From Nitrososphaerota archaeon (lineage in GTDB: Archaea > Thermoproteota > Nitrososphaeria > Nitrososphaerales > Nitrosopumilaceae): a stretch of DNA of 58,783 bases. Positions 37,917 to 46,816 of the stretch are shown in pieces. The notes beneath the pieces are model-generated. The model was given only the letters and a program-made list of their open reading frames with translations. It ran no database searches and had not been told where the DNA came from. The position numbers and the translations under genes were made by a program. Location of the stretch: NCBI GenBank assembly GCA_032128215.1, contig JAQBHA010000016.1:1-58783 (forward strand), read 5' to 3'. Within the stretch, counting starts at the first letter, position 1, and each line of letters begins with the position of its first letter.

Positions 37917-39281
37917 GTGAAAATTACAACCGTAAACCCAGCAACAGAAGAAATCCTAGCTGAGTATGATTCCTTAACCGAAGAACAAGTGAATCATGAA
38001 GTTAATGATTCTAGAAAGATCTACGAGTCAATATGGAAAAAATTTGACATTTCTGAGAGAGCCAAGCTCCTACGAAATCTTGGACATATGTTGCAGCAAA
38101 GAAAAAAGGAATATTCAACCATAATTACAAATGAGATGGGAAAGCCAATTACTGAAGCTTTAGCAGAAGTTGAGAAATGTAGTTGGGTTTGTGAATATTA
38201 TGCAGATAATGGGGAAAAATTCTTAAAACCTGAATTTATTCAAACAAATGCAAAAGATAGTTACGTTCGCTTTGATCCCTTGGGGGTAATAGGTTGTATA
38301 ATGCCATGGAATTTTCCATTCTGGCAAGTATTGAGATTTTGTGTCCCCGCTATACTTGCTGGAAATACAGTGTTACTAAAACATTCAAGTGTTTGTCCAT
38401 TAGCAGGAAATACCATTCAAAAGGTATTTGAAGAAGCTGGATTTCCAAAAGGAGTATTTCGACATTTGGTAGGAAATTACATTGTTGGTGAAGCACTGGC
38501 AAGAGCAAATGTTGATGCAGTTTCAATTACTGGAAGTACAAGAGCAGGAAAAAGAGTTGCAGAAATTGCAAGTCAACAGTTACATAAATTTATTTTAGAA
38601 CTGGGTGGAAGTGATCCATTTATAGTTTTAAAGGACGCTAATATTGATAAAGCCGCAGAAGTTGGAGTAAAATCCAGATTTCTAAATAACGGTCAGAGTT
38701 GTATTGCTGCGAAAAGATTCATTGTTGAACAAGATGTAATTGAAGAATTTACAAAGAAATTCATTGAAAATGTAGAAAAGCAAATAGTTGGTGATCCGTT
38801 AGATCCTAAAACAACTATTGGTCCCCTAGTTCGAGATAATTCACGAGACACAATCGTAAACCAAATTGGACAGTCAGCTCTGAAAGGCGCTAAAGTTTTG
38901 ATAGGAGGAAATGTCCCCCAGATGAGAGGATATTTCTTTAATCCGACTGTTATTGGAAAAGTAACTCCAGATATGACAATAGCACGAGAAGAGGTGTTTG
39001 GCCCAGTTGCTCCAATAATTGCAGCACGAAATACAACAGAAGCCATTAGATTTGCTAATGATACAGAATTTGGATTGGGTTCCAGTATTTGGTCCGAAAA
39101 ATTTGCCAAGGAGAATAATTTGGTTAAGGACATTGAGGCTGGAATGGTTTTTGTAAATACGATGGTAATTTCTGACCCACGAATTCCATTTGGAGGTATC
39201 AAAAATTCAGGAATTGGAAGAGAATTATCAGATTATGGTTTGAAAGAATTTGTTAATGTAAAATCAGTTATAATGAATTAA
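37917..39281 (+). CDS. NAD(P)+-dependent succinate-semialdehyde dehydrogenase-like aldehyde dehydrogenase
   Basis: The likely start is GTG 37917 ('VKITTVNPATEE'). Has 'ELGGSDP' and 'GQSCIAAKR' motifs. The 16 upstream codons in the track ORF look non-coding. Confidence 0.85.
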   Translation: MKITTVNPATEEILAEYDSLTEEQVNHEVNDSRKIYESIWKKFDISERAKLLRNLGHMLQQRKKEYSTIITNEMGKPITEALAEVEKCSWVCEYYADNGEKFLKPEFIQTNAKDSYVRFDPLGVIGCIMPWNFPFWQVLRFCVPAILAGNTVLLKHSSVCPLAGNTIQKVFEEAGFPKGVFRHLVGNYIVGEALARANVDAVSITGSTRAGKRVAEIASQQLHKFILELGGSDPFIVLKDANIDKAAEVGVKSRFLNNGQSCIAAKRFIVEQDVIEEFTKKFIENVEKQIVGDPLDPKTTIGPLVRDNSRDTIVNQIGQSALKGAKVLIGGNVPQMRGYFFNPTVIGKVTPDMTIAREEVFGPVAPIIAARNTTEAIRFANDTEFGLGSSIWSEKFAKENNLVKDIEAGMVFVNTMVISDPRIPFGGIKNSGIGRELSDYGLKEFVNVKSVIMN

Positions 39282-40132
39282 TTTCCAAATTCTAACAAGG
39301 TTTTTGCCCGTTTATAATGAACTTCATCTATCATTTTTCCTTCCACAGTAGTTGCTCCCTTTCCTTGTTTTGTTGATGTTTCATATGCTTGACATACTTT
39401 TTTTGCCCAATCTATTTCAATTTTGTTAGGTTGAAAAGCTTGATGTGTTATTGTAATTTGATCAGGGTGTATGATCGTTTTTCCAATATATCCAAGACTT
39501 TTTCCAATCTTACAATCTTCTAGCAAACCATTTTTGTCATGTACATCTTGCCATATTGCATCTAGTGCATCTACACCTGCTGCTCTAGCTTCTAATGGAA
39601 TTTTTTCTCTTGCATATCTAGCACCTTCTGCTTGTTTAGTATATTCAATACCCATGTCATTGAGTAGATCAAATACTCCAAAAATTAATGCTGAAATTCG
39701 TTTGCTTGCAGAAGCAATCTCGTAAGTGTTAGTCACACCCTCAGCTGATTCTATAGATGGCACAAGAGATATTGAAGACATTTTTCGTTTTTTCTCAAGA
39801 AGTGCTAAAGTTTTTTCAATTGTTTTTAATTCTTTAGAATTATTCACTTTTGGAATTACAATTCCATCTAAACCATTTTGAACTATTTCTTGAAGATCAT
39901 CTTGGATTGTAGAAGACCTAGGGGAGTTTATTCTCACGTAAACGTCAGAAGTGTATTGCGAACGCTCTTTTAATGCATCCTTGATTAATTTCCTTGCATT
40001 TTTCTTTTCTGAATCTGGTACAGAATCCTCCAAATCAAAACAAACTATATCTGCCTGTAAAGTTTTGGCCTTATCTAAAAAGCGTGGATTATTTCCTGGA
40101 ACAAAGATTAAACTTCGAATAAATCTTTTCAT
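39278..40132 (-). CDS. HpcH/HpaI aldolase - citrate lyase beta subunit-like (citryl/malyl-CoA lyase family)
   Basis: The likely start is the Met in 'MKRFIRSLIFVPGNNPRFLDKA', a typical CitE N-terminus. Also has 'DLEDSV' and 'IHPDQI'. Confidence 0.8.
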   Translation of the reverse strand: MKRFIRSLIFVPGNNPRFLDKAKTLQADIVCFDLEDSVPDSEKKNARKLIKDALKERSQYTSDVYVRINSPRSSTIQDDLQEIVQNGLDGIVIPKVNNSKELKTIEKTLALLEKKRKMSSISLVPSIESAEGVTNTYEIASASKRISALIFGVFDLLNDMGIEYTKQAEGARYAREKIPLEARAAGVDALDAIWQDVHDKNGLLEDCKIGKSLGYIGKTIIHPDQITITHQAFQPNKIEIDWAKKVCQAYETSTKQGKGATTVEGKMIDEVHYKRAKTLLEFGN

Positions 40133-40191
40133 TATATGGCAATACTTTTTTGATAAGATTAAGATTGTGATTTTGATTTGTAGATATAATC

Positions 40192-41241
40192 TCATACTAA
40201 AACAGTTTGATATGCTGCTTTTTCCAATCTATTCATTATAGCAAATCCCAGATCTGAATCGTTAATTTCTTTTACTAATATGACATCTATGCCTTTTTTA
40301 TCAAATTTTCTAAAAGCCTCGAAGAGATTTTTTGCAATTGTTTTATTAGTTCTACCCACAAATAACGTCATATCTGATTTATGTGAAGTTTTTTTGGTAG
40401 TAGTAATTACACCGACTTTATTATTTTGGTCATGATATTTAATGATTAAACTTGAAATTTTTTTTATGCATTTCTTAGTTTGGCCTTTAACTAAAATGAT
40501 TTTTGCATTAGGTGCATAGTGTTTGTATTTCATTCCTGGGGATTTAGAAATTAAATTTTTTAGTTTTTTTCCTTTTAGATAATTAGTTAACTTAATTTTT
40601 CCAAATAAACACAATTCTTCATATGAAATTTTCCCTGGGCGTAATAATACTGGTATATCTGAAGTAAGATCTAAAACAGTAGATTCCAATCCTATACTAG
40701 TTTTCCCACCATCAATCACTAGATCTATTTTTCCATCTAGATCTTCTAAAACATGTTGAGCCATAGTTGGACTAGGTTTTCCAAACAAGTTGGCTGATGG
40801 GGCAGCTATTGGTGTACCTGATTCCTTTATCAAAGAGATTGCAATTTTGTTATTAGGCATTCTTATGGCAACTGTATTTTGGTTCCCCGTGGTAATTTTG
40901 GGTACAAGTTTTGATTTTTTTAATATTACAGTAAGTGGTCCGGGCCAATATTTTTTCATAATTTTTTCTGCCAAAGGAGAAATTTCTAATGCAAGTTTTG
41001 ATACAGTATTAAAGTCATAAATGTGAATAATTAATGGATCATCGAATGGTCTTTCTTTAGCAAGAAAAATTTTTTTGACTGCTTTAGGATTTAAGGCATT
41101 TGCACCTAATCCGTAGACAGTTTCTGTGGGAAATGCTACAATACCCCCACTTTTGATTATAGCTGCAGCTTTTCTAATTTTAATTTTTTCTGGACTTTTT
41201 GAATTGATTTTAATTCTTTGTGTTTGATATTTTAATAACAT
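40192..41241 (-). CDS. sua5: L-threonylcarbamoyladenylate synthase (Sua5/YwlC; YrdC plus Sua5 domains)
   Basis: 349 aa. Has 'GGIVAFPTETVYGLGANA', 'WPGPLT' and 'SAN.FG' motifs and a C-terminal Sua5 domain. Confidence 0.9.
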   Translation of the reverse strand: MLLKYQTQRIKINSKSPEKIKIRKAAAIIKSGGIVAFPTETVYGLGANALNPKAVKKIFLAKERPFDDPLIIHIYDFNTVSKLALEISPLAEKIMKKYWPGPLTVILKKSKLVPKITTGNQNTVAIRMPNNKIAISLIKESGTPIAAPSANLFGKPSPTMAQHVLEDLDGKIDLVIDGGKTSIGLESTVLDLTSDIPVLLRPGKISYEELCLFGKIKLTNYLKGKKLKNLISKSPGMKYKHYAPNAKIILVKGQTKKCIKKISSLIIKYHDQNNKVGVITTTKKTSHKSDMTLFVGRTNKTIAKNLFEAFRKFDKKGIDVILVKEINDSDLGFAIMNRLEKAAYQTVLV

Positions 41242-41262
41242 AAAATGAAATAGTGATTGTAT

Positions 41263-42336
41263 TTAATTTGGCTTCATTAGAATTTTACCAAAGAGCCCTT
41301 TTCCAGTCAACATTTTTGTGTGAGCTTCTGCGGCATTTTCAAAAGAGTGAATAGAATCAATTGCAGCCTTTATCTTTCCTTGTCCCATCCAGTAGAATCC
41401 TTGTTCAAGCTCAGCCCTGGTTCCTTGGGTGGAACCTAAGATGTTTGTTCCTTTAAAGAAAATATGTCGCAAGTCAGTTTTTGCATCATATCCTGTAGTT
41501 GCCCCACATGAAACTAGAGTTGCTCCATATTTGAGTAAAGTAAGTTGTTGATTCCAATGAGTTTGACCTATATGATCAAATGATACATCAATTCCAGGAG
41601 ATACTCCAGTTTTCTTTGAAATTTCTTTAGTAATTCCACGAACTTCTTTGTACCAGTCTTCTTTTCTATGGTCAACTGCATAATCAGCCCCAAGTTCTTT
41701 TAGCTTATCTAATTTATCTGGGCTGGCTGTAGCAATTACAGTACAATTGTAAAGTTTTGCAATTTGAATACCAAAGCTTCCTACCCCCGAGCCACCTCCC
41801 ATAATCAGAATTGTTTGTCCAGGTCTAATTTTGGCTCTGCCCACTAACATGTGCCAAGATGTTAAAAGAGTCATTGAAGCAGCTGCAGCTTCATCATAAC
41901 TTACACTGTCTGGAATTTTTAAAACGTTTACCTCAGGCAGATGAGTTACTTCAGAGAAAGCTCCCCAATTTGGTCCTGTTTGAAATCCCCAGATTGTTCG
42001 TTTATCACAATCGAATTCACGTCCATCAGTACATGCAGTACAAACTCTACAAGACATGTTTGAATGAGAAACAACTCTATCACCTACTTTGATGTTAGTT
42101 ACTTCATCACCAACTGCAATTACATCGCCTGATGCATCTGATCCAGAAATATGTGGAAGAGGAACCGGAACTGGGTTACCTCGCATTCCCCAGATATCAT
42201 TATAGTTTAATGCTGTTGCTTTTACTTTGAAAACTACTTCATTTGGCTTGGGTTTAGGATCATCAATATCCTTAATTTTTAGAATTTTCTTAAAATTATC
42301 ATCAGGTGCATATTCTTCATAAACTAGCCCTTTCAT
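41263..42336 (-). CDS. zinc-type medium-chain dehydrogenase/reductase (alcohol dehydrogenase or enoyl-reductase-like)
   Basis: 357 aa. Has a GroES-like N-terminal domain, the structural Zn cluster 'CRVCTACTDGREFDC' and the 'GGGSGVGS' nucleotide-binding motif. Confidence 0.8.
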   Translation of the reverse strand: MKGLVYEEYAPDDNFKKILKIKDIDDPKPKPNEVVFKVKATALNYNDIWGMRGNPVPVPLPHISGSDASGDVIAVGDEVTNIKVGDRVVSHSNMSCRVCTACTDGREFDCDKRTIWGFQTGPNWGAFSEVTHLPEVNVLKIPDSVSYDEAAAASMTLLTSWHMLVGRAKIRPGQTILIMGGGSGVGSFGIQIAKLYNCTVIATASPDKLDKLKELGADYAVDHRKEDWYKEVRGITKEISKKTGVSPGIDVSFDHIGQTHWNQQLTLLKYGATLVSCGATTGYDAKTDLRHIFFKGTNILGSTQGTRAELEQGFYWMGQGKIKAAIDSIHSFENAAEAHTKMLTGKGLFGKILMKPN

Positions 42337-42379
42337 GAATACACTCGCCTTGCATCCCCTAATTATATTTTCTCAGAGA

Positions 42380-42658
42380 TTATCGTCGATTAATTTTGAA
42401 ATCACGTTTTGGTTGTTGTATAGATAATAGAATTTGCTTTAGTTGATCATCAGTTATTGGTGGTCTGACTTTTCCCTGGGAAGCAAGATTTATCAGATAA
42501 TTTTCTACATTATTTGCTACATCTGGTTTAACCATCTTTACATTGTTTAATCTCAGTCGTGCGTCAGAAGAAAGAATTTGTTTTAAAATAATTTCTTTTT
42601 GCGCGGCAATTTCGGGTTCAGTTGGTTGATAATTTTCATCAGAGTCAGATGAACTCAT
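42380..42658 (-). CDS. PDCD5/TFAR19-like dsDNA-binding protein
   Basis: 92 aa. Reads 'ILSSDARLRLNNVKMVKPDVANNVENYLINLASQGKV'. Confidence 0.8.
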   Translation of the reverse strand: MSSSDSDENYQPTEPEIAAQKEIILKQILSSDARLRLNNVKMVKPDVANNVENYLINLASQGKVRPPITDDQLKQILLSIQQPKRDFKINRR

Positions 42659-42667
42659 GACATTACA

Positions 42668-43120
42668 CTAAGAATATACCTTCAATTGTGGAGTTTCAGC
42701 AACAAGTTGTGATAAAATTTCAGTTGAAAGTCTATCTAGCTTTTGCATGCCATTTTTAGAAACAACTCTACCTTTTCCTGCAACTTTCTCAACGTAGCCC
42801 AATTTTTCTAATCCTTGAACGGCTGTTCTGATAATTACGCCACCAGCTTTCTTGTGGTCTCTATTACCGTATCCAACGGCTTTACCACCACCATACACTT
42901 TACGTAAATCATTGATTCCCATAGGACCGTGAAGATATATTTTTCTTAATATTGATGCACATCGAGTATGCCACCAATCTGGTTTTTGTGGAGGTTTTTC
43001 AGCATGAGAACCTGTCTTGACAAAAGGAGCCCAACTTGGTGCTGGAATATCTTCGTTTTTTAAAATTTCAGTTAATTTATCTATTAACAAATCTGCTGGT
43101 ACGTCATACACTTTTGCCAT
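42668..43120 (-). CDS. rps19e: 30S ribosomal protein S19e (eS19)
   Basis: 150 aa. Reads 'VYDVPADLLIDKLTEILK...PSWAPFVKTGSHAEKPP...DWWHTRCASILRKIY'. Confidence 0.9.
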   Translation of the reverse strand: MAKVYDVPADLLIDKLTEILKNEDIPAPSWAPFVKTGSHAEKPPQKPDWWHTRCASILRKIYLHGPMGINDLRKVYGGGKAVGYGNRDHKKAGGVIIRTAVQGLEKLGYVEKVAGKGRVVSKNGMQKLDRLSTEILSQLVAETPQLKVYS

Positions 43121-43151
43121 AAAAAATTAAACTTTGAAATCGTCTTATAAA

Positions 43152-43454
43152 TCATTGAGCTATTACTTTACGATATATGTGACCACAAAAGCGACATGTT
43201 ATTCGAATAGATTTTAGTGATGTTCCTCCAACCCTGATCCTAGAATTTACACCTGGAACAATGAAGTTTTTACATTTTTTACAAAAATTCATTTTAATCT
43301 CATATGGCATTGCAATACGATATCTAGTACTGATCTTTTTTGCAAGATCTGCCTGTCTTTGAGCTAATTTTGGAAATGTTCGTGAATTTGAAATTGCATT
43401 TTTAATTAATATCTTAATTCTTTCATTTGCAATAATTTTTATGTTTTGTTTCAT
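43152..43454 (-). CDS. rnp4: RNase P protein component 4 (Rpp21/Rpr2)
   Basis: 100 aa. Has the helical N-terminus 'ERIKILI...A' and the zinc ribbon 'CKKCKNFIVPGVNSRIRV...ITCRFCGH'. Confidence 0.85.
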   Translation of the reverse strand: MKQNIKIIANERIKILIKNAISNSRTFPKLAQRQADLAKKISTRYRIAMPYEIKMNFCKKCKNFIVPGVNSRIRVGGTSLKSIRITCRFCGHIYRKVIAQ

Positions 43455-43506
43455 GTTTTAAGAAAAAGAAATCCTCTTAAAATTTGGATCGTTTAATAAA
43501 ATTAAA

Positions 43507-43579
43507 TGCGGTCGCCGGGATTTGAACCCGGGTGACGGGCTTGGAAGGCCAGCGTACTACCAGGCTATACTACGACCGC
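43507..43579 (-). tRNA. tRNA-Gly (anticodon UCC)
   Basis: Hand-folded cloverleaf:
- Acceptor stem GCGGTCG/CGACCGC.
- D arm GTAT-AGCCTGGTA-GTAC.
- Anticodon arm CTGGC-CTTCCAA-GCCCG, with U33, anticodon TCC, A37 and one U-C mismatch.
- T arm CCGGG-TTCAAAT-CCCGG.
- Discriminator A.
- No encoded CCA. Confidence 0.85.
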
Positions 43580-43601
43580 ATAAAAGAGAAAACTCGACTG
43601 C

Positions 43602-44270
43602 CTACATAAAAATGGTTTTTTCATATTCATACAGAACTCGACTAATTACAATGTGTGATTCTAATGGAGCATCGTCAACATTTACTATGTATTCAAATCT
43701 GTTTTTTATTTCGTTAGAGAAATGACCTTTTGGAAATCCCCCAATAACAAGGCAGGTTTCATCGTTTAATTTTTTTGATACGTCTTCACATGAACTGGAA
43801 ACTCCCTCTGTAGATAAGCCTATGATTCGTTTTGGATTAATTTCTTTTAATAACTGATCAAATGTCATATCTTTTATTTCAAGAAGATTTTTACCATCTG
43901 CCTGAATTACTTTTTCTAAGAATAACTTTTCTACTAATCCAGCAAATCTATGATATGATTTAGGTAGATGCACATCATTTGCTATGAAAATGACTTTGTC
44001 TTCAATTGTATGTACATATACTGAAATTTTTTTTTTATAATAAAGAGGAATTGTACATGCTTCCAATAATGAAATATGTACAAGATCAGGTCTTCCTCTT
44101 TTTATTTCATTTTTGATTCCTTTCATTGCCCCATAATGCCATGAATTATCTAAAAGAATCTCTGATGGATTTTTCCCAAGTTTTCTACTATGAGAGATAA
44201 CTGAATTATGATGATGTAGTTCTTTTGGAACTAATTCTAGTGAGGATTCTGCTAGTATTAATGAAAGCAT
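43602..44270 (-). CDS. nep1: ribosomal RNA small-subunit methyltransferase Nep1 (EMG1, SPOUT)
   Basis: 222 aa. Reads 'LILAESSLELVPKEL' ... 'RGRPDLVH'. It overlaps the upstream gene's stop codon as TAATG. Confidence 0.85.
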   Translation of the reverse strand: MLSLILAESSLELVPKELHHHNSVISHSRKLGKNPSEILLDNSWHYGAMKGIKNEIKRGRPDLVHISLLEACTIPLYYKKKISVYVHTIEDKVIFIANDVHLPKSYHRFAGLVEKLFLEKVIQADGKNLLEIKDMTFDQLLKEINPKRIIGLSTEGVSSSCEDVSKKLNDETCLVIGGFPKGHFSNEIKNRFEYIVNVDDAPLESHIVISRVLYEYEKTIFM

Positions 44271-45448
44271 TATTGATATGCAATAATTCCAGCTTCAATA
44301 AGATATTTTATGCCTGAGACAAAATCCCCATCCGAAATTAATCCTGATGACCACCATTCAGCATTATTTCTAATCCATGATGGAATTTCATCTGATGGTT
44401 CAGAGTTTTTTTCAACTTTCTGAATTTTCATAATGTCATTTTGAATTAAATATTCAATTCCATTTAGAAAATCAGAATCAGTAATAGTTCCTTCAGACCA
44501 CCAAGCAGCATTATTTTTTATCCATTGAGGAATTTCTTGCTTGGAGTTAGTTTTTAGAGTATCATCTGGAAAGGCGTATAACCAAACTGCTCCAGATTTT
44601 GTTTTATCTTTTAGAGTACCTGAAATTACAATATCTTCTTGAATAAAAGAAACAGATAATTCATTAGTGTTTATTCCGCGATATGTCACCTTAATTCCTG
44701 AACCAACTAACTGTGGATGTTCAAATCTACTAGTAATTTTCTTTAGAAATTCTCCATTTTCAGTTTCTATTGGATTTATTTTTTCTAGAAAAAATACTCC
44801 GCCTTCTTTACTCACTAGTTCAGTTGCAAATTCTTCTTGTAGAGGATTGATTACTATATGTTCTTTGTCGGAGTAAGAATAATCGATTTTATCTGTTGCT
44901 ATTTTATTACAAACGTTATTACGCCATTCTTGTGACGATGAAATTGCATCAAGCATTAACTGACCATGAAGTAATTCATGATATATGATGATAAGATTAT
45001 CCACTTTTTGAGAACGTAGATCTTTTTTGTCAGTGGGATTAATCACATCTGGATTAAATTTTATAGTATTATCACAATCCATTGTAATAATTCCTTTAGA
45101 GCTTGTTGTAATTTTGCACTGCCATGAATAAGTGCCACCAACTAAAACTCCTCCTTCATGTTCTTCAGGGACGGTAAAACCTGCAAGACGAGTTTCAACT
45201 ACATTAACAACTAAGTCATTAATGTCAGAAAGTTTACAAGGAATTGTAACAATTTTTGGCTTTTCAAATGTTTGTAGAATTCCAGAAACATCTTTTTTGG
45301 CAATATCAAGTTTTAAAAATTCATCTAAAAGATTTTTAAAAATTTTTTGTTCTTCTATTGATGGAACAATATATTTGTCTTCAAATGAATCAATACTTCC
45401 AGAAACTAATGGGACAAGTAATAAAATAAATAAATTCAAAAGTATCAT
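44270..45448 (-). CDS. secreted HExxH protein (putative zinc metallopeptidase) with a tandem Trp-rich C-terminal module
   Basis: 392 aa with a signal peptide. Has 'IIIYHELLHGQ' (HExxH at nt 44966-44980). Two ~37-aa C-terminal repeats read 'IP.WI.NNA.WWS.G.I.D.DF..GI.YLI'. Confidence 0.6.
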   Translation of the reverse strand: MILLNLFILLLVPLVSGSIDSFEDKYIVPSIEEQKIFKNLLDEFLKLDIAKKDVSGILQTFEKPKIVTIPCKLSDINDLVVNVVETRLAGFTVPEEHEGGVLVGGTYSWQCKITTSSKGIITMDCDNTIKFNPDVINPTDKKDLRSQKVDNLIIIYHELLHGQLMLDAISSSQEWRNNVCNKIATDKIDYSYSDKEHIVINPLQEEFATELVSKEGGVFFLEKINPIETENGEFLKKITSRFEHPQLVGSGIKVTYRGINTNELSVSFIQEDIVISGTLKDKTKSGAVWLYAFPDDTLKTNSKQEIPQWIKNNAAWWSEGTITDSDFLNGIEYLIQNDIMKIQKVEKNSEPSDEIPSWIRNNAEWWSSGLISDGDFVSGIKYLIEAGIIAYQ

Positions 45449-45467
45449 GATTTATTCAGAGTGATTT

Positions 45468-46604
45468 TTAAGAATTTATACTAATTTGTATCTGTCTTTT
45501 GAATTCATCCCAGGCAGGTTTTGGATTACCATCTGTATCAATTAAACCAGCATTGCAAATGTAATGACTTAGTCGCTCAATCACATACTCACTACTCCCA
45601 ATACCTGAAGGATCACCTATGCTTATTGATCCTTCAATAGTATTTGGAATAATATCACATGTTCCCTCTGGTTTATCGTATTGTCTATACCAAGTAACAA
45701 ATTCTAGTTTTGATTCATTATCTCTGAAAAAATCAAATACTGTTTTAACAAAATCTGTTTGATCTTTTTGATTGCCATTTACAAAATCAGCTGTACTCCA
45801 ACTTATCTCAAAAATCCCCACATTTTTATCTGGAATCATTTCTATAATTTTTTCTAGATCAGCTCTTGCCGCTTGAGGATTTTTGTTTATTTCATTAAGA
45901 GAGTCTACTGGAAAATAACTAAAAGCAACAAAATCGCCATCACCAAGTTCTTTAACTATATGACTAAGATTTTTGTTAATTACTCCATGTAATGAAAATA
46001 CATTACCAAATTTTACATCAGAGTGTTTTTCTTTTAAAGAGCCATATACTACATCAAAAAGTTCTTTGTATACTGGAATATTTTCTTCAGAGTATCTGAA
46101 ATATTCTTCTGCATTTCCTGCAATAATAACAGAGTCTATGTTGTCATAGCGTGTAAGTATATCATCAAGAACTTTGATAAGATTGTCTTCTGAAATTGAA
46201 TTCAAGCTTGGTCTTCCTATCCAATTTGGAAATGGGCCTAACGTTTTTCCATTAATTATGGAAAAGTAAAGGGTTACTTTAAGATCATTTTGTTTGTTGA
46301 AGTCCATCCAGAGATCAGATTGTCTCCAATCATAATTTCCTTTTTCAGGTTCAATTAAATTCCAAAAAAGATAGAGATTAGTTCTACCAATCCCTGTAGA
46401 AGAAGCTTGCGCGTAATAGTTTTTTAAATCGTCAAGAGTGTTTTTGTTTGATGAAGGATTAATGATCAGACCAAGCTTTTCATTATGAGATGAAGATTGT
46501 ATAAAACCAACATCTGGTGAAAATAAAAATGCAGAAACAATTGCCACTATAACGACTGTAGCAATCATTACTCCAATTATTTTTTTATCCACAAGTGATG
46601 CCAA
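45468..46604 (-). CDS. membrane-anchored or secreted TIM-barrel glycoside-hydrolase-like protein
   Basis: 378 aa with an N-terminal TM helix. The segment 'LFWNLIEPEKGNYDWRQSD' resembles the 'W..IEP..G.YDW' motif of clan GH-A enzymes. The assignment is tentative. Confidence 0.5.
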   Translation of the reverse strand: MASLVDKKIIGVMIATVVIVAIVSAFLFSPDVGFIQSSSHNEKLGLIINPSSNKNTLDDLKNYYAQASSTGIGRTNLYLFWNLIEPEKGNYDWRQSDLWMDFNKQNDLKVTLYFSIINGKTLGPFPNWIGRPSLNSISEDNLIKVLDDILTRYDNIDSVIIAGNAEEYFRYSEENIPVYKELFDVVYGSLKEKHSDVKFGNVFSLHGVINKNLSHIVKELGDGDFVAFSYFPVDSLNEINKNPQAARADLEKIIEMIPDKNVGIFEISWSTADFVNGNQKDQTDFVKTVFDFFRDNESKLEFVTWYRQYDKPEGTCDIIPNTIEGSISIGDPSGIGSSEYVIERLSHYICNAGLIDTDGNPKPAWDEFKRQIQISINS

Positions 46605-46816
46605 TTGATAGCTCGTAAAAAAGTTGTGATCTAATTGTCATAAATTTAGACGTGATAGTTTATAATGGTCTACTATGATTGGTTATTGTTTTAGGACGGA
46701 TAAGGATCGATATCTCGAAGGTTCTGCTTCCTCTATAGAAGGAAGTATTGTCCTTACTTCCCACATTACATAAGATAACTGCAAATTGATTAAAATTATT
46801 GAGATCCATCTCTGTA

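Noticed and set aside
43522-43725. 67-aa plus-strand ORF
   Set aside because: It is made of the antisense of tRNA-Gly and the antisense of the 3' end of nep1. It is explained by those two features.
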